Assembly: GCA_036785375.1 (NCBI GenBank)
Contig: JAWMAR010000023.1
Coordinates: 682,001 to 746,000, forward strand
Reading direction: 5' to 3'
DNA: 64,000 bases
From: Leucoraja ocellata
Taxonomy: Eukaryota
The position numbers and the translations under genes are program-made. Below, one piece after another: positions 11,734 to 26,027 of this stretch (positions are counted from its first letter, which is position 1; the number at the start of each line of letters is the position of its first letter). The notes under the pieces are model-generated. The model made no database searches. It was given only the letters and a program-made list of their open reading frames with translations, and had not been told where the DNA came from.

Positions 11734-14296
11734 TTAATCTGCACCAGGACTGGCAGTGTCAGCAAATAAATAACACGGCATTCATGGTTGATAGGAGAGG
11801 TACATGTGCACCAGATGTTGCTGAACAAACACTATATCAGGGCAGATCTTGGCTCCAGTTAAATTCATTGTTCTTACTTATTCATGTTTGTAATGCCAAA
11901 GGAAGTAATGTGCATTTCAGTGGGAATGTAAAGAACATTTCCATGTATTGAGCTCTTTGAACCTTTCGACTTTTTTCGACAACAGTTCTCGGTTTTAAGT
12001 GACATCCTGCTCATTCCCTCCAGTTCACCCTCCCCTGACCCTCAGTCTGAAGCAGGGTCTCGACCCGAAATGTCACCCATTCCTTCTCTCCAGAGATGCT
12101 GCCTGTTCTGCTGAGTTGCCACAGCATTTTGTGTCTATCTTCAGTTTAAACCAGCATCGGCAGTTTCTTCCTACACATCCCGCTCATTGTCATCTCTGGA
12201 GTTTGAGTCACTTGGTTGTAGGAGAATGGAATAATTATAAGACTCCTTAAAGCTTAGCAACCTTATTCACCACATGCTCATTGCCACGGAAGGCTGTGGA
12301 GGCCAAGTCAATGGATATTTTTAAGGCAAAGATAGATAGAGTCTTGATTAGTACGGGTGTCAGGGGTTAAGGGGAGAAGGCAGGAGAATGGGGCTCAGAG
12401 GGAAAGATAGATCAGCCACGATTGAATGGCAGAGTAGACTTGATGGGCCAAACGGCCGAATTCTGCTCCTATCATTAATGAACTCCCGGACCTGCTGTGC
12501 CAGATGGAACTCTGTCAGAATGGACATTAAAAACAAAAGTTTCAGAACCAAGACACAGAGAAGCCGATGCAACTTCAATTGCTTATATCTTTGACTGATC
12601 TTTGCATTCAGTGAGTGTGATGCAAGCCAGCCCACTTACACCTCCTCATAATTCCTTCAAGTGGAATTGCTCTACGCCGGGTGTAGCTGTCAGCAGTATG
12701 TTTTAGAGATGCAGCGTGGAAACAGGCCCTTTGGCCCATCGAGTCCGCGCCGACCATTAATCACCTGTTCACACTAGTTCAAGGGTCAAGAGTGTTTTAT
12801 TGCCATATGTCCCAAACCGAACAATGAAATTCTTACTTGCAGCAGCACAACAGAATATGTTATCCAACTTTCTCATCCACTCCCTACACACTTGGGGCAA
12901 TTTTGTAGAGGCCAATTAACCTATAAATCCACAGAATTTTGGGTTGTGGGAGACAGCCAGAGCACCCGGAGGAAAGCCATGTGCACTCACGTGCAAACTC
13001 CACACAGGGCAGCACCAGAGGTCAGGATCGAACCTGGTTCCTCTGGCGCCATGATAATAGCGAAAGCTTCCATGGAAGAGAAAGGGAGTTCAAGTAGGCT
13101 TCCTGCCCATTCACCACAAGCAAGATATTAACAAAAAGTAGTTGCTGGTGAAAATGTTTTAATATTGGAAGTAGCTCAACAATGTGCACAAATCTCCAGC
13201 TCTATGACCAAGTTTTAACCCTCGTTGTCACCTTCCCCCTCAGCTAACGGTGACCCATTCTACATTTCCTTGATCATCGTCCCCTTTGATCTGTCTTTTC
13301 ACACCACACCCTTCCATATTTCTGTGTCTCCCTCTCCCCTGGCTCTCAGTCTGAAGAGGGGTCTCGACTCGAAACGTCACCCATTCCTTCACTCCAGAGA
13401 TGCTGCCTGTCCCGCTGTTACTCCAGCATTTTGTGTCTATCCTCAGCGTAAACCAACATCTGCAGTTCCTTCCTACACAGGTTAATCTCGATTTATCCTT
13501 CAGTAATCTCACCTTCAGAGGATGCCGTCGTATGATTCACTTCAGGTTGAAAGCACAATGATACTTTGTGGTTGAACACTGCAGAACAGTAAAGGGTTAC
13601 GTGTTACACAAGGAATCGGGCTTCCCACCAGGTCGGGAGACTTTCACAGTGAAAGGGATTTCATTGTTGAAATGGAAATATGAAAGCCATCGAGCATGGA
13701 CAGTCAAAATAAAAAATAAAATGTAAATTAACCTGCTGCTGCTGCACAGTGAAAACTGGTCTCAGTGTAGTCAGATGTATTCACTTGGGAAGAAAATTTA
13801 CTGCAGTGTCAATTAACTCCTTTAAAAACAGCTGGATAAATATCTGGTTAGTACTAGGATTGAGGGTTGTGGGGATAAGCATAGAGGCAGATAATTAAAT
13901 ACTCCTGGCAAACACTGATTCCTTAAACTAAGGATGGTGCCTGGGGGAATATTTCCCATGGAATGCAGCTGTGGGCAGAGGTTTTATTCAACGGATTGTG
14001 TAAAATGCAGAATTCATATTCAGGAATTATATATATGTGTTGAGGAAAATTATTGAGTAGTGGCAATGTGAAAGGAGGCCATTCAGCCCCTGGAGTTCAT
14101 ACCGGCTCTGTGCTTCCACTCAAATACTAACCCAACTCCATTTTCAGCACTAAAATAGAGTCTGCCTCCACTATTCCCCCAGTTCCCCAATCACTCACTG
14201 TCATTCCTGCTAACCTCCTTCACTAAGTGACCCTTTATTTCTGTCCTGCTGACAGCACCCGTAGTCAGGATCGAACCCGTGCCTCTGGCATTGTAA

Positions 14297-14578
14297 AGGG
14301 CCTGTCTCACTTACGCAACGTGTTGAAAATTCAGCGGCAACCAGAGAGACGCTACGACTGTTTGGGTGACTGAGGAGACGACACACGACCATACGGGCGA
14401 CACCCTTGCGACATGTCGCGGGGTGAGGCCTGTACGGTCGTGACCAGTCGCCCAAAGAGTCGTACCTTGTTCTGGTCGACGCTGGATTTTCAACATGTTG
14501 AAAAATTTCGACGACCTGTAACGACCTATGACGGGTGCCGGCAGTCGCCAAAAAAGTTGAGTAAGTGGGACAGGCCCT
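14297..14578. mobile_element. PIF/Harbinger MITE nested in a V-SINE
   Basis: TIR AGGGCCTGTC(T/C)CACTTA and TAA target duplication (14294-14296 and 14579-14581); removing it restores the SINE head. Confidence 0.88.
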
Positions 14579-14986
14579 TAAGGCATCAACTCTACCACTG
14601 CGCCACCATTTTGTAAAGTTTCATCATGACTTCCATGCTCTTGTGCTCTTCTCAGGAAGCCCAAGTCGCATATGCATTTTAACCTCGTTTAAAAGCTGCC
14701 GTACAACTTTCAATAAGCTATGCATACTGTATATTCCCCCCAATCTCCGCTCTGCGCCTCATTTTTTGACCCATTCGTTTATTCTTCCTATTCTCAATTG
14801 TCGTACCAAAATATAAGCATTTATCAGCATTACAGTTAATTTGCCCTGTCTACCAAAAAATCTGTGGCTCTTTGAAGTCTGTTCCTATCCTCCTCACTGT
14901 TCAATGGCCTGTTGCTGTACTGTACTATGTTCTGCTTTTGATTGCTCAAAGTGGACTCAACCTGCCACAACCTGTTTGATCATTAT

Positions 14987-15392
14987 CTGTAGAAGGAACT
15001 GCAGATACTGGTTTAAGCTGAAGAAACTCAGCAGGTCAGGCAGCATCTGGTGGAGCGAGACACAAAATGCTGGAGTAACTCAGCGGAACAGGCAGCATCT
15101 CTGGAGAGAAGGAATGGGTAACGTTTCGGGTCGGGGCGGGTATGAAGAAAGGTCTCGACCGGAAACATCACCCATTCCTCTCTCCAGAGATGCTGCTCGT
15201 CCCACTGAGTTACTCTGGCATTTTGGGTCTATGGTCTGTTTGATCATTACCTTCTCCAACTTGTTAAAGAAGGAACTGCAGATGCTGGAAAATCGAAGGT
15301 ACACAAAAATGCTGGAGAAACTCAGTGGGGTAAAGCAGCATGCATAGATGCCGCTGCACCCGCTGAGTTTCTCCAGCATTTTTGTGTATCTT
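14987..15392. mobile_element. Cluster of Penelope pLTR-derived fold-back insertions (two subfamilies)
   Basis: Inverted arms; flanking duplications CTGTTTGATCATTA and CTTCTC(C/G)AACTT. Confidence 0.75.
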
Positions 15393-16462
15393 CTCGAACT
15401 TACTTCCCACGCTGTTTCTTACATGTGGTTTAATGTTCTAATGGCTTTATCAGTTTCCGCTGTACATTAACTTGTCACATTTACCCAAGAATTGTTTAAC
15501 GTTCCCAGGTCTGTATCAACCTCCCTCTTGAATACTTTCAGAAGACTAGATCCAATGGGAAAACAAGGAAGAAACTTTCACCTTTTAAATCAGCTACTGT
15601 CTGCAAATGACAAAAGGTGCCAATTTCAAAATAGGACAGTTACCTGTAATGTAACAATGAAACACCATCAAACTATTGGAACAATTATAAATAAGTTTTG
15701 AAATATTTACATTATGCAGAAAAACATACGGTAGACGTGATCAGCATGGATTAACCATGAAAGAATTGAAAGTCCAGCCACAAACTTAGTTTTGTGCACT
15801 ACCCATCTGATGAATTTAATAATTACTGAATAATATTGTGCGAGATTTAATGAATTTCCTGTTTTGAACATGATGCTGGGTTCAAAGAGTACTCAAATGC
15901 ATTCTTGATTCCCCACGAATGCTCTGTTGCATCAAATTCTACCATTAGAAAACCAACTTGTAGTCATGCACAGTTAACATGAAGTTGTGCATTAGCTCGT
16001 TCTTTACTTATTTATTTTTCAGGTCACCAGCTTAGCTGGTAAGGCCAGCATTAATTACCCATTCCTAAGTGTCCTTGAGAAAGTGATCATGAGCCACCTT
16101 GTCGAAATACAGCAGTACTTCTTCAGTTTAGTTTAGTTTTAGAGTTATAGCGCGGAAACAGGCAGTTCGGCCCAGCGAGTCCATGCTGACCAGCGATCCC
16201 TGCACACCAACAATCTCCCACAAACACTGGAGACAATGCTCAATTACACCAAGCCAATTAACCTAGAAACCTGTACGTCTTTGGAGTGTGGGAGGAAACC
16301 GGAGATCCCGGCAAAAACCCATACAGGTCACAGGGAGAACGTACAAACCCTATTCTCATTTGTATGACAGCAAGTGGTGGAAAAAGATGGATTAGGAGTG
16401 GGCAGGGAGAGTAGGAGCTGGCAGACAGGAGAGGGCTGATGGAGAGGGTGTTGCAGAAGGCA

Positions 16463-17101
16463 TATAGAAACATAGAACATAGAAATTAGGTGCAGGAGTA
16501 GGCCATTCGGCCCTTCGAGCCTGCACCGCCATTCAATATGATCATGGCTGATCATCCAACTCAGTATCCCGTACCTGCCTTCGCTCCATACCCTCTGATC
16601 CCCTTGGCCACAAGGGTCACATCTAACTCCCTCTTAAATATAGCCAATGAACTGGCCTCGACTACCCTCTGTGGCAGAGAGTTTCAGAGATTCACCACTC
16701 TCTGTGTGAAAAAAGTTCTTCTCATCTCGGTTTTAAAGGATTTCCCCCTTATCCTTAAGCTGTGACCCCTTGTCCTGGACTTCCCTAACATCGGGAGCAA
16801 TCTTCCTGCATCTAGCCTGTCCAACCCCTTAAGAATTTTGTAAGTTTCTATAAGATCCCCTCTCAATCTCCTAAATTCTAGAGAGTATAAACCAAGTCTA
16901 TCCAGTCTTTCTTCATAAGACAGTCCTGACATCCCAGGAATCAGTCTGGTGAACCTTCTCGGCACTCCCTCTATGGCAATAATGTCCTTCCTCAGATTTG
17001 GAGACCAAAACTGTACGCAATACTCCAGGTGTGGTCTCAGCAAGACCCTGTACAACTGCAGTAGAACCTCCCTGCTCCTATACTCAAATCCTTTTGCTAT
17101 G
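16463..17101 (-). mobile_element. CR1-type LINE 3' fragment (young)
   Basis: ORF LRPHLEYCVQFWSP...RLRGDLIETYKI...FFTQRVVNL; (TTCTATGT)n-type tail. Confidence 0.92.
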
Positions 17102-18123
17102 ATATACAGTGCCTAGAATTGCCAGTTGCAAGGTGGGTGATCAGGGTGTTACAGAAGCTGGGAAAATATTCCCACGGCCGCCTTACCTCAGGCCTTCTAA
17201 CCTTGCATCCCATTAACCTTGGACAACTATTCCAACTGCTAATAGATCTAGATCAGCTCCGACCATTGGCACAGCTGCCCGCTGAAGCTTGCATTAGCAT
17301 CAGGCATAATCCCAGCGGCCTTTCAGCTGAAAATCAGGAAATACCCAGGAAGTGTGTCGAACAGTCAATCTTTTTGCTAAGTCAACCCCTCACAGATCTA
17401 ATTACTAAATTGGCTGTAAATTCAGCTTCAGCATTGGTTTGCGGTTAGCTCAGTATCAGACGAACTGATTCAAATCCAACCAGGCTTTCTAAACATCAGA
17501 AGCTTTCCCATGTGTTTGCTCAGTGTCTGGGTCACACAGGCACTTCCATTATATCTGCCCTATTTTTCAGCATATCTAGCCGCTGCTGGTCCAGTACCCA
17601 GGGTCGCCCTCCCCTGACTCACCACAGCAGTTTCCCAACGCATGCACTTTACATTTATCTAAATGGGCCATTTGTGGATGCTGGTTTCCCACTGTTTTCT
17701 TACCAGCATAGAAAGCTTCCCAAAACCCTTGGTGCTGTTGAAAACACAAGGTTAATTTCTGAATCTCTCCCTTTCAGATTTCCAAAACCAAGCGACGCTG
17801 ACCATGCATTTTAATGGGTAGTTGATAAAGCTGCAATGAAAAGCATAAAGAAACTGGGGGGCCTGGAGAATTATAGGATTAATTTGCCAGACCTCTCCAT
17901 GGTACAACAGATAGAGCAGCTCCAGGAACCCTAGTCCAATCCTGACATTGGGGGCTGTCTAGTTTGCATGTCCCACCTGCGACAGCATGGATTCTCTCTA
18001 GGTTTTTCTCCCATGTTCCTAAGGTGTGCGGGTTGCTATGTTAATTGGCATCTGTGACATGTCCAAAGACATGTAGCGCCATTCGTTAATTAGCTTCTGT
18101 AAAAAATTGTAAATTATGCCTAG

Positions 18124-19452
18124 GTTTTTTTTTGGTTTTTTTTTTTGTTTATTTTATTAGAAGTTAATACAGTACAAAACAGTATAGTGGAACCTAATTT
18201 TAGGTGCCAACTATGTCATACCATAATCCATTCTATGTACAACCTCTAGTTTTATGCTATGCGGAGGAAGTAAGTAAGACAAGAAAAAGAAAACAATAGA
18301 AAGAGGAAGAAGTGGAAAAATAGATGGTAGAGAGTAGAAAAACGTGAAGTGTGTATATAAAAAAGAAAAAAGAAGAAGAAAAAAGTGGAAAGTAGAAATA
18401 GGAGAGAAGGCCCCTTAAAAGAGAATTTTTCAAATCTGTATTCGGAGATGTAGATCTATCCACGTCATGAACTGAAATCAGCAATCTTTACGGTACCGCT
18501 GCATCACATGATTCCAAAAAGTCGATGAAAGGAGACCAACTCCTTAAGAATTGGTCATATTTATCTATTAGTCGGAGTCTCATTTCTTCAAGGCGTGCTA
18601 TGTCCATCATATTCCTAATCCACATTTTAACAGTTGGTATGGTTGTATTTTTCCAAAATTTAAGTATCAATTTCTTTCCAATTATTAACCCATAATTAAA
18701 AAAAACATTTTGGTCTTTATTTAAATTGGTATCATCTCCTATTATTCCAAATATAATCCATTCTGTTTTGGGTTCTATTCTTGACTTGAAAAGCTTTGTA
18801 AATATATCAAATATATCACTCCAAAATTTATTCAACTTTGTACATCCTACAAATGAATGTATTATATTAGCATTTTGAAACAAACATTTATCGCATCTGG
18901 GAGAGACGTTTGGATAAAATTTAATCAACCTCGTTTTTGAATAATATAGTCTATGTAATAATTTGAATTGAATTAAATTATGTCTTGCATTAATAGAACA
19001 GTTATGTGTATTCATCAAATACTTTTCCCATCTATCCTTCGAGATTAGCTCATGTTCCCAATCTTCCCTTAGTGCTTCTGTTGAGGGTGATTCTCTATTT
19101 AATATATTATTATAAAAGTATGATATTAATTTTTGTGAATCAGCCTTAATATTCATTGCTTCTTCTAAAGGGTCTAAAAATATAGTTTGAAATCTATGTG
19201 TATATTTCTTCATAAAGTCACATACTTGTATATATTTAAAATATTGATTATCATTCAATTTAAATTTTAATTTTAATTGTTGAAATGATAACAGTTTGCC
19301 CAATTCATACATATCCCCTACTTTCCTAATCCCCAGTCTATCCCATTGTTGATATGTGTTGTCGATGAGAGAAGGTTTAAATGCGGGGTTGTTCAATAGT
19401 AGGGTTAGTACTGATAAATTATTTAATTTCAAGGATACTTTTATTTGTTTCC
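18124..19452 (-). mobile_element. 5'-truncated L1-clade LINE (ORF2 C-terminus with CCHC zinc knuckle)
   Basis: Open 314-aa frame with RCDKC...HSFVGC, 3' UTR, AATAAA and poly(A). The TSD AAATTAT(G/C)CCT(A/T)G is at 18111-18123 and 19453-19465. Inserted into a V-SINE. Confidence 0.92.
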
Positions 19453-19945
19453 AAATTATCCCTTGTGTGTAGGATAGTGCAAGGTTTGATTATCCTGCAA
19501 TGTCTTTGGAATGTGGGAGGAACCTGCAGCACAGAGAAAACCTGCACGGTCTCGGGGAGAATGTACAAACTGTGAGAAGAAACGCAGTGAAGATTCACCA
19601 GATTGAATTATGCGGGAAATTAAAGAGACTGGGATTTCAATCTCTGAGGAATAAGAGGCAGCCTCATTAATGTGCGCAAAATTCTTATCTCACATGGCAG
19701 GATAGATGCAAGGATGATCTTTCCCCTGGCTAAGCCGTCTAGAAGCAATAGGAGCTGTCTTGTAATACAGGGTTGGTTATTCAAGACTGAGATAAAACAA
19801 AATGTCTTCTCTCAAAGAGGGAAGATTGTTTTATGGACTGGAGGCCTGTGATTGGCAGTGTGCCTCAGGGATCAGTGCTGGGCCCATAGTTGTTTGTCAT
19901 CTGCATCAACAATTTGGATGAGAATGTACAAGGCATGATTAGTAA

Positions 19946-20202
19946 AGGGCCTGCCCCACTTTAACAACTTAATTCTTTCATCCCAACCATTTTTTTGCTC
20001 GTGGACATTTTTTATCGGGCTAGAGAAAACGTCCCGACTTACCTGATGCCACGAGTACCTACGGCTAGCATAACGAGCCGCTACGATATATCTACGCACT
20101 CCCACGACCTCCTACGGACTCGTTACGAACATTCTGCGAGTTTGAATCAGGGGAAAATTCGGGACAATTCGTGAATTACCTCGTGAAAGTGGGACAGGCC
20201 CT
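19946..20202. mobile_element. PIF/Harbinger MITE nested in a CR1 fragment
   Basis: TIR AGGGCCTG(C/T)CCCACTTT; inserted at TAA within CR1 RT sequence ATTAGTAA|GTTTGCAGAT (ISKFAD); right TSD degenerate. Confidence 0.8.
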
Positions 20203-21829
20203 TTTGTTTGCAGATAAAACTGAAGTAGGTGGTACTGTAGACACTGAAGATGGCTATCAAGGCTTACAGCAGGATCTTGATCAGCTGGGAAATGGTTAAT
20301 GGTTTACAAGTTCACAAGTTATAGGAGTAGAATTAGGCCATTCAATCCATCGAGTCTACTGCGCCATTCAATCATGACTGATCTCTGCCTCCTAATACCA
20401 TTTTCCTGCCATCTCCCCATAACCCTTGACACCCGTCCTAATCATGAATTTGTCTATCTCTGCCTTATAAATATCCACTGATTTGGTGGAGTTTAATTCA
20501 AATAAATGTGAGATGTTGCATTTTGGGAGGTCAACTAGGCCAGGATCTTCCCAGTAAATGGTCGGGTGTGTTGTAGTCCGGAGGGATTGAGGCATACAAA
20601 TACTTAGTTCCCTGAAACTGGTGTAACAGGTAGATAGGGTGGTGATGAATCTTGGGGATTCTCCACCTAAACCAGCTGTAGAGGCTCTTGCACTGTTCAA
20701 AACTGGGATGGATAGAATATTGGATGTTAAGGGAATCAAGGGACATTGGGCTAGCACAGGCAAAGTGACCTGATGATCAGCCATCATCTTATTGAATGGC
20801 AAAGCAGACAAGAGGGGCTGAATGGCCGACTTCTACACCTATTCCTTTGCACTTATGTCAAGACTGCGGACCAGATGGATTCATTTAGGCAACAAGAACA
20901 GTCTCTACACCCAAGAAGAGATATGACAGAAATCCTCGAAATAGGTGCAAGGTTTCGCAGAGACAAGTGGGTGGAATTATTTTATATCAATCGATAATTA
21001 AAGAACAGAAGGTTTTAAATCATCAGCAGAACATTGGCGGGGTGGAACGGTTTGCCACAAGCAGTGGTGGAGGGTGCACCAATTGAATGAAAACTGGCAA
21101 AACACTGAAGGACTAGAATTTTAACGGGTCCACGGACAGGACTGGCGTAAAACTCTTGAGTAATTGGCAATGCCCAATGCTTGCGTCTCCAGGATTTTTC
21201 CTGGGGAATATATATCCACTGTCAGCCAATAACTTTGCTATGTAAGCAGGCCAACAAACCATGAATGCTAAACACATCAGCGCTCGAGGGGGCTTTTCAA
21301 ACTGAGTTGTGGTTCCTGTCAACCACGTTTTATAAAGCATCAGACTTCTTTCGCACTGAGGGAACATCATACCTGTGTGGGAGCTCTATAGGTCTCTGTA
21401 CAAACTTCCTGCCCTGGCCTCATTCCCATTCTAAGTTTTCCTTATGTAAATATTTATTCACCTTTCCCCGTTAGGCATTATTTACACAAAAAGATTTCTC
21501 TTAACCTTTCCCTTCATTCCTCTGGTGTCGGGGTTAATTCTGAGACCCCTCTTCTCCAGTGTGTTGGTGAATGAACTATTACCATCGTTTCCATCCTGCA
21601 CCACAGATCCTGGTTCATTGTGTGAGCCTCATCGGCCAGCTATGCCATTTCTATCCCATATCTATAACATGGCCCTTTACTTCCCCAATACAAAAATTAT
21701 TCTTAATAATTTATTATTATTCTCTAGCCATTGATCATCAAGTGTTGTATAAACGACATCACATAGGAGGAGATTAAATCATTAAAGTTTTATGTTAATG
21801 CAATGCTACTAGTTAGATATAGCTCTAGA

Positions 21830-23560
21830 TTTGAGAGTTAGATATAGCTCTTAGATATAGCTTGTAGGGCTAATGGAATCAAGGGATATGGGGAGAAAGC
21901 AGGAACGGGGTACTGATTTTGGATGGTCAGCCATGATCACATTGAATGGCGATGCTGACTCGAAGGGCCGTATGGCCAACACCTGCACCTATTGTCTATG
22001 TTTCTATGTTTCTATCTCAGTGTTGGACATGAGAATCAATGAGCAGTGAAGACCAAGGAGTTGAACTGATTTGGGAATAGAGGATGTAAATGTGGTTAGA
22101 GCTTCTTGCTTGAGTGGACAGCCAACTAAATCATGGAGCAGATGATGTAAAGGACTGGTTTTTACTTCCATTCATTACTTTTATTCTTGTTTATTATTTT
22201 TAATATCATCACAAGTACTGTATGTATGGTATGTATACTTGTACTGAACAAGTATCGGTAGTAGGGAAGGCAAATTCAATGCTAGCATTTATATCAAGAG
22301 GAGTGGAATACAAGAAAGGAGATGTAATGCTGAGGCTCGACAAGGCGCTGGTCAGGCTGCATTTGGAATACAAATTTAGGCCCCATATCTGGGGAATGAT
22401 GTGCTGGCTCTGGAGCGGGTCCAGAGGACATTTACTAGAATTATTCCATAAATGATTCCAGAAATATGGTGAGAGCTTGACAGTACTCGCTGGAGTTTAG
22501 AAGGTTTAGGAGGGACCTCACTGTAACTTACAGAATAATGAAAGGCATAGAGTGGATATGGAAAGGATGTTTCCCCTGGTGCAATAGTCTTGGACCAGAG
22601 GTCATAGCCTCAGAATTAAAGGGTGTTCTTTTAGAAAGGAGGTGAGGAGGAACTTCTTTACTCAGAGAGTCGTTAATCTGTGGAATTATTTGCCACAGAG
22701 GGCTGTGGAGGCCATGTCAGTGGATATTTTTAAGGCAGAGATAGACAAATTCTTGATTAGAATAGGTGTCAAGGGTTATGGGGAGAAGGCAGGAAAATGG
22801 GACTAGGAGGAAGAGATCAGCCGATTGAATGGCAGACTTGATGGGGCCCAATGGCTTAATTCTGCTCCTATCACTTAATATGAGAGGAATATGAGAGGTA
22901 TAAAAGTCTGATAACAGCAAGGAAGAAGGTGTTCTTGATTCTAATGGTTTGTGCATTCAAGCTTTTGTATCGTCTGCCTCGCGGGAGAAGGGAGAAGAGC
23001 GAATGAATGCGCAGTGGGTGATCATCGAGAGTCATACAGCATGGAAACAGGCCCTTCAGAACACATTCTCAGCCTTCCCTATACATGTACCTGCGCAAGT
23101 GACTTATAAATGTTATTTAGCCTGCCTCAACAACTTCACTCACCCACTGAGTGACAGGGTTACTCTTCAGGTTCCTAATTAAATCTTTCCCCTCTCACCT
23201 TAAATCTATGTCTGCTGGTTCTTCATTCCCCTACCCTGGGTAAAAGGTTATGTGCATTCACCCTATCAAAACCCCACATGATTATGCGCCTCTATAAGAT
23301 CCTGGTCTCAACCTCCTGCGCTCCAAGGAATAGTCCAAGCTTGCCCAGTCTCTCCTTGTACCCCTTGAGTCGAGATAACATCCTTGTAAATCCTCTCTGC
23401 ACTCTTTCCAGCCTATAGCAGGGTGCCCACAACTGAACACAATACTCCAAATGCGGACTCACCAACATCTTGTACAACTGTAACATAATGTCCCAACTCC
23501 GGTACTCAATATCCAAAGGATGAAGGACAATGTACCAAAAATCATTGTTGCTACCCTACC
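21830..23560. mobile_element. Cluster of CR1 LINE 3' fragments in both orientations
   Basis: KANSMLAFISRG, LVRxHLEY and HLEYCVQLWAP remnants; CR1 3' UTR ends. Confidence 0.8.
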
Positions 23561-23759
23561 TACATCAATAATTGTCCTTAATAATGTTGACTGCTTTCAC
23601 GAGGCACAGATTGTAGGGGGAAGTACTGGATGTGATTGGGATTGCACTGAGCCAACAGAGACTCAATGGGCTGAATGGCCTCCTTCTGTGGCATAAGGAA
23701 ATGTGGAAATGCATGTATATGCCTCAGTTTAATGTCTGTAATCCATTGTTCTTGTTAAT

Positions 23760-24147
23760 ATCTTATAGAAACTTACAAAATTCTTAAGGGGTTGGACAGG
23801 CTAGATGCAGGAAGATTGTTCCCGATGTTGGGGAAGTCCAGAACAAGGGGTCACAGTTTAAGGATAAGGGGGAAGTATTTTAGGACCGAGATGAGAAAAA
23901 CATTTTTCACACAGAGAGCGGCGAATCTGTGGAATTCTCTGCCACAGAAGGTAGTTGAGGCCAGTTCATTGGCTATATTTAAGAGGGAGTTAGATGGGGC
24001 CTTTGTGGCTAAGGGGATCAGGGGGTATGGAGAGAAGGCAGGTACGGGATACTGAGTTAGATGATCAGCCATGATCATATTGTATGGCTGTGCAGGCTCA
24101 AAGGGCCGAATGGCCTACTCCTGTACCAATTTTCTATTTTTCTGTAT
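23760..24147 (+). mobile_element. CR1-type LINE 3' fragment (same subfamily as 16463-17101)
   Basis: DRLDAGRLFPMLGKSRTRGHSL...NLWNSLP and the conserved 3' UTR. Confidence 0.9.
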
Positions 24148-25517
24148 CTAGTTTGCAATAACCAACCTGCAGGTGTGTTACTTTATTTGTTTTATCTTCT
24201 CCTGGGGGACCAAATTGTGTGGCACTTCTAGTTAGTTACAATAAGGTGTTCGCAAAGCTTCTTAAATAGGTACCATGTCACTGCTTTAATTGAGATGCCC
24301 CTGAGAACTCCCATTGAGCCTGATGCTGGGCCAAGGTCATTACTTCACTCCACAATCCATTGGAAAGTTTTTTGCTGCAGTGTGGGCTGTGGGTTAACGT
24401 TGAGGAAACCTAAGTACAAGCAGCAGCCTGTGGGACCCCCCTAAGTCAAGGCATGTAAAAAATAAGACCATGAGTAATAAGTTCAAATGCGAGTGCAGAG
24501 GAAATGCCTTTATCCTGAGAATAGCAGGAATGTGAAGCTTGCCAGCTTGCAGAGTGGTTGGGGGGGGATGATGTGAAGAAGAGGGAATTGTATTGGGCAT
24601 GTGGATGTAGTAGGTGAAGTGCCACAGTGGCGGAGGTGGACCTGTTGGGTCATGAAGCCTCTTCCAGTGCTGTGAATTGATGCAAAATAACAATCCTCTG
24701 TCCAGAACCCTACTCTGGAGGGTCTCGACCCAAAACGTCACCCATTCCTTCTCTCCAGAGATGCAGCCTGTCCCACTGAATTACTCCAGCTTTTCGTGTC
24801 TATCTACCCTTCTCTGTTAATAGCTAACAGGTACGCTGCAGCTAAACTCTATCTATATCCCATGAGGGTCCTCTGCACCGACCCTCGCAGCCACCAAACT
24901 GCTACAGATCCTCCCTGGGTTACCAGTGCTCCTATCCTGAGAACTGTTCATAAAAGGAGTGATGACCCTCTGCTCTCTGAGCCAGAGACATCACTTGTAA
25001 CCATGCAATCTGACCTCTCACCCACAGACAGGGTGAACCCTCGGCCCATCTGCCTGCAACAAACTCCTGTGGTGCATTTTAAAGAAGAAATGCTGCTTCA
25101 TGTAACTCCTTTAATTAAAAACAGCTTATCTCTCACCAGCGCACTGGCCATGGCTTGTATCTGCTGCCGATTTTTATTCCATTCACAGGATACACTGCTG
25201 ACAAGACCGGCAGTCATTCCTACCCCTAATTTACCTTCAAGTTGACTGGCTTATAAAGACACCTCAGTCAACCAATGTTCCGTGTGTCTGGAGTTAAGTA
25301 TGGACCAGACCAGGAAAAGATGGCACAATTTACTGAGATATTTCAGCTAATCATATGTTTTATTGTACAACGTTCCTGCAGTTCTACCACCACTTGGCTT
25401 TTCTGGACTATTTAATTGATTGAACTTTCAATTCCCAGATATAGGATTGGCTTTGAACGAGTTAAATGGTTCACAGGTCAACCGTAATTCAATGGTAATG
25501 CCACATTCCAAGACATA

Positions 25518-25833
25518 GGTGGCATGATGGCACAGCGGTAGAGTTGTTGCCTTACAGCACCAGAGACCCGGGTTCAATCCTGACTACAGATGCTATCTAT
25601 ACTGAGTTTGTATGTTCTCCCCATGACCTGCGTGGGATTTCTCCGGGTGCTCCCGTTTCCTCCCACGCTCCAAAGGCGCCCAGGTTTGTAGGTTAATTGG
25701 CTTAATTGGTTTGGTAAAATTGTAAATTGTCCAATGTTTGTAGGATTGTGTTAGTGTGCAGGGATCGCTGGTTGGTGTGGACCCGGTGGGTCAAAGGGCC
25801 TGATTCCATGCTATATCTCTAAACTAAACTAAA
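25518..25833 (+). mobile_element. V-SINE (HE1-like)
   Basis: Full head, V-domain and CTAAA tail. Confidence 0.88.
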
Positions 25834-26021
25834 CGTTGTTTCAAAGATCATGATGAGCTCTTTATGACACTGCGGCACCTATTGCCTCTTGGAACATTTA
25901 GCATCATGGATGACATCTGGCTTTACGTAAGACTGAAAGAAAGCTGTGAATTCAATGACTAAACAAAATGAAAGGAAGAAATTGAAGCACGGTAGAGCAT
26001 TTGATAAAACAGTGAAAACAT

Positions 26022-26027
26022 TTTATT
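26022..26027 (-). terminator. Candidate distal ALPL polyadenylation signal AATAAA
   Basis: AATAAA on the minus strand at the end of an AU-rich block and followed by U/GU-rich sequence. An alternative proximal AATAAA lies at 27562-27567. Confidence 0.45.

Noticed and set aside
18488-19432. 314-aa ORF as a host gene
   Set aside because: C-terminal part of L1 ORF2 with poly(A) tail and TSD.
16463-24147. Inverted pair of similar CR1 3' ends as a large composite element
   Set aside because: Both are independent 5'-truncated copies of an abundant family, with no shared TSD.
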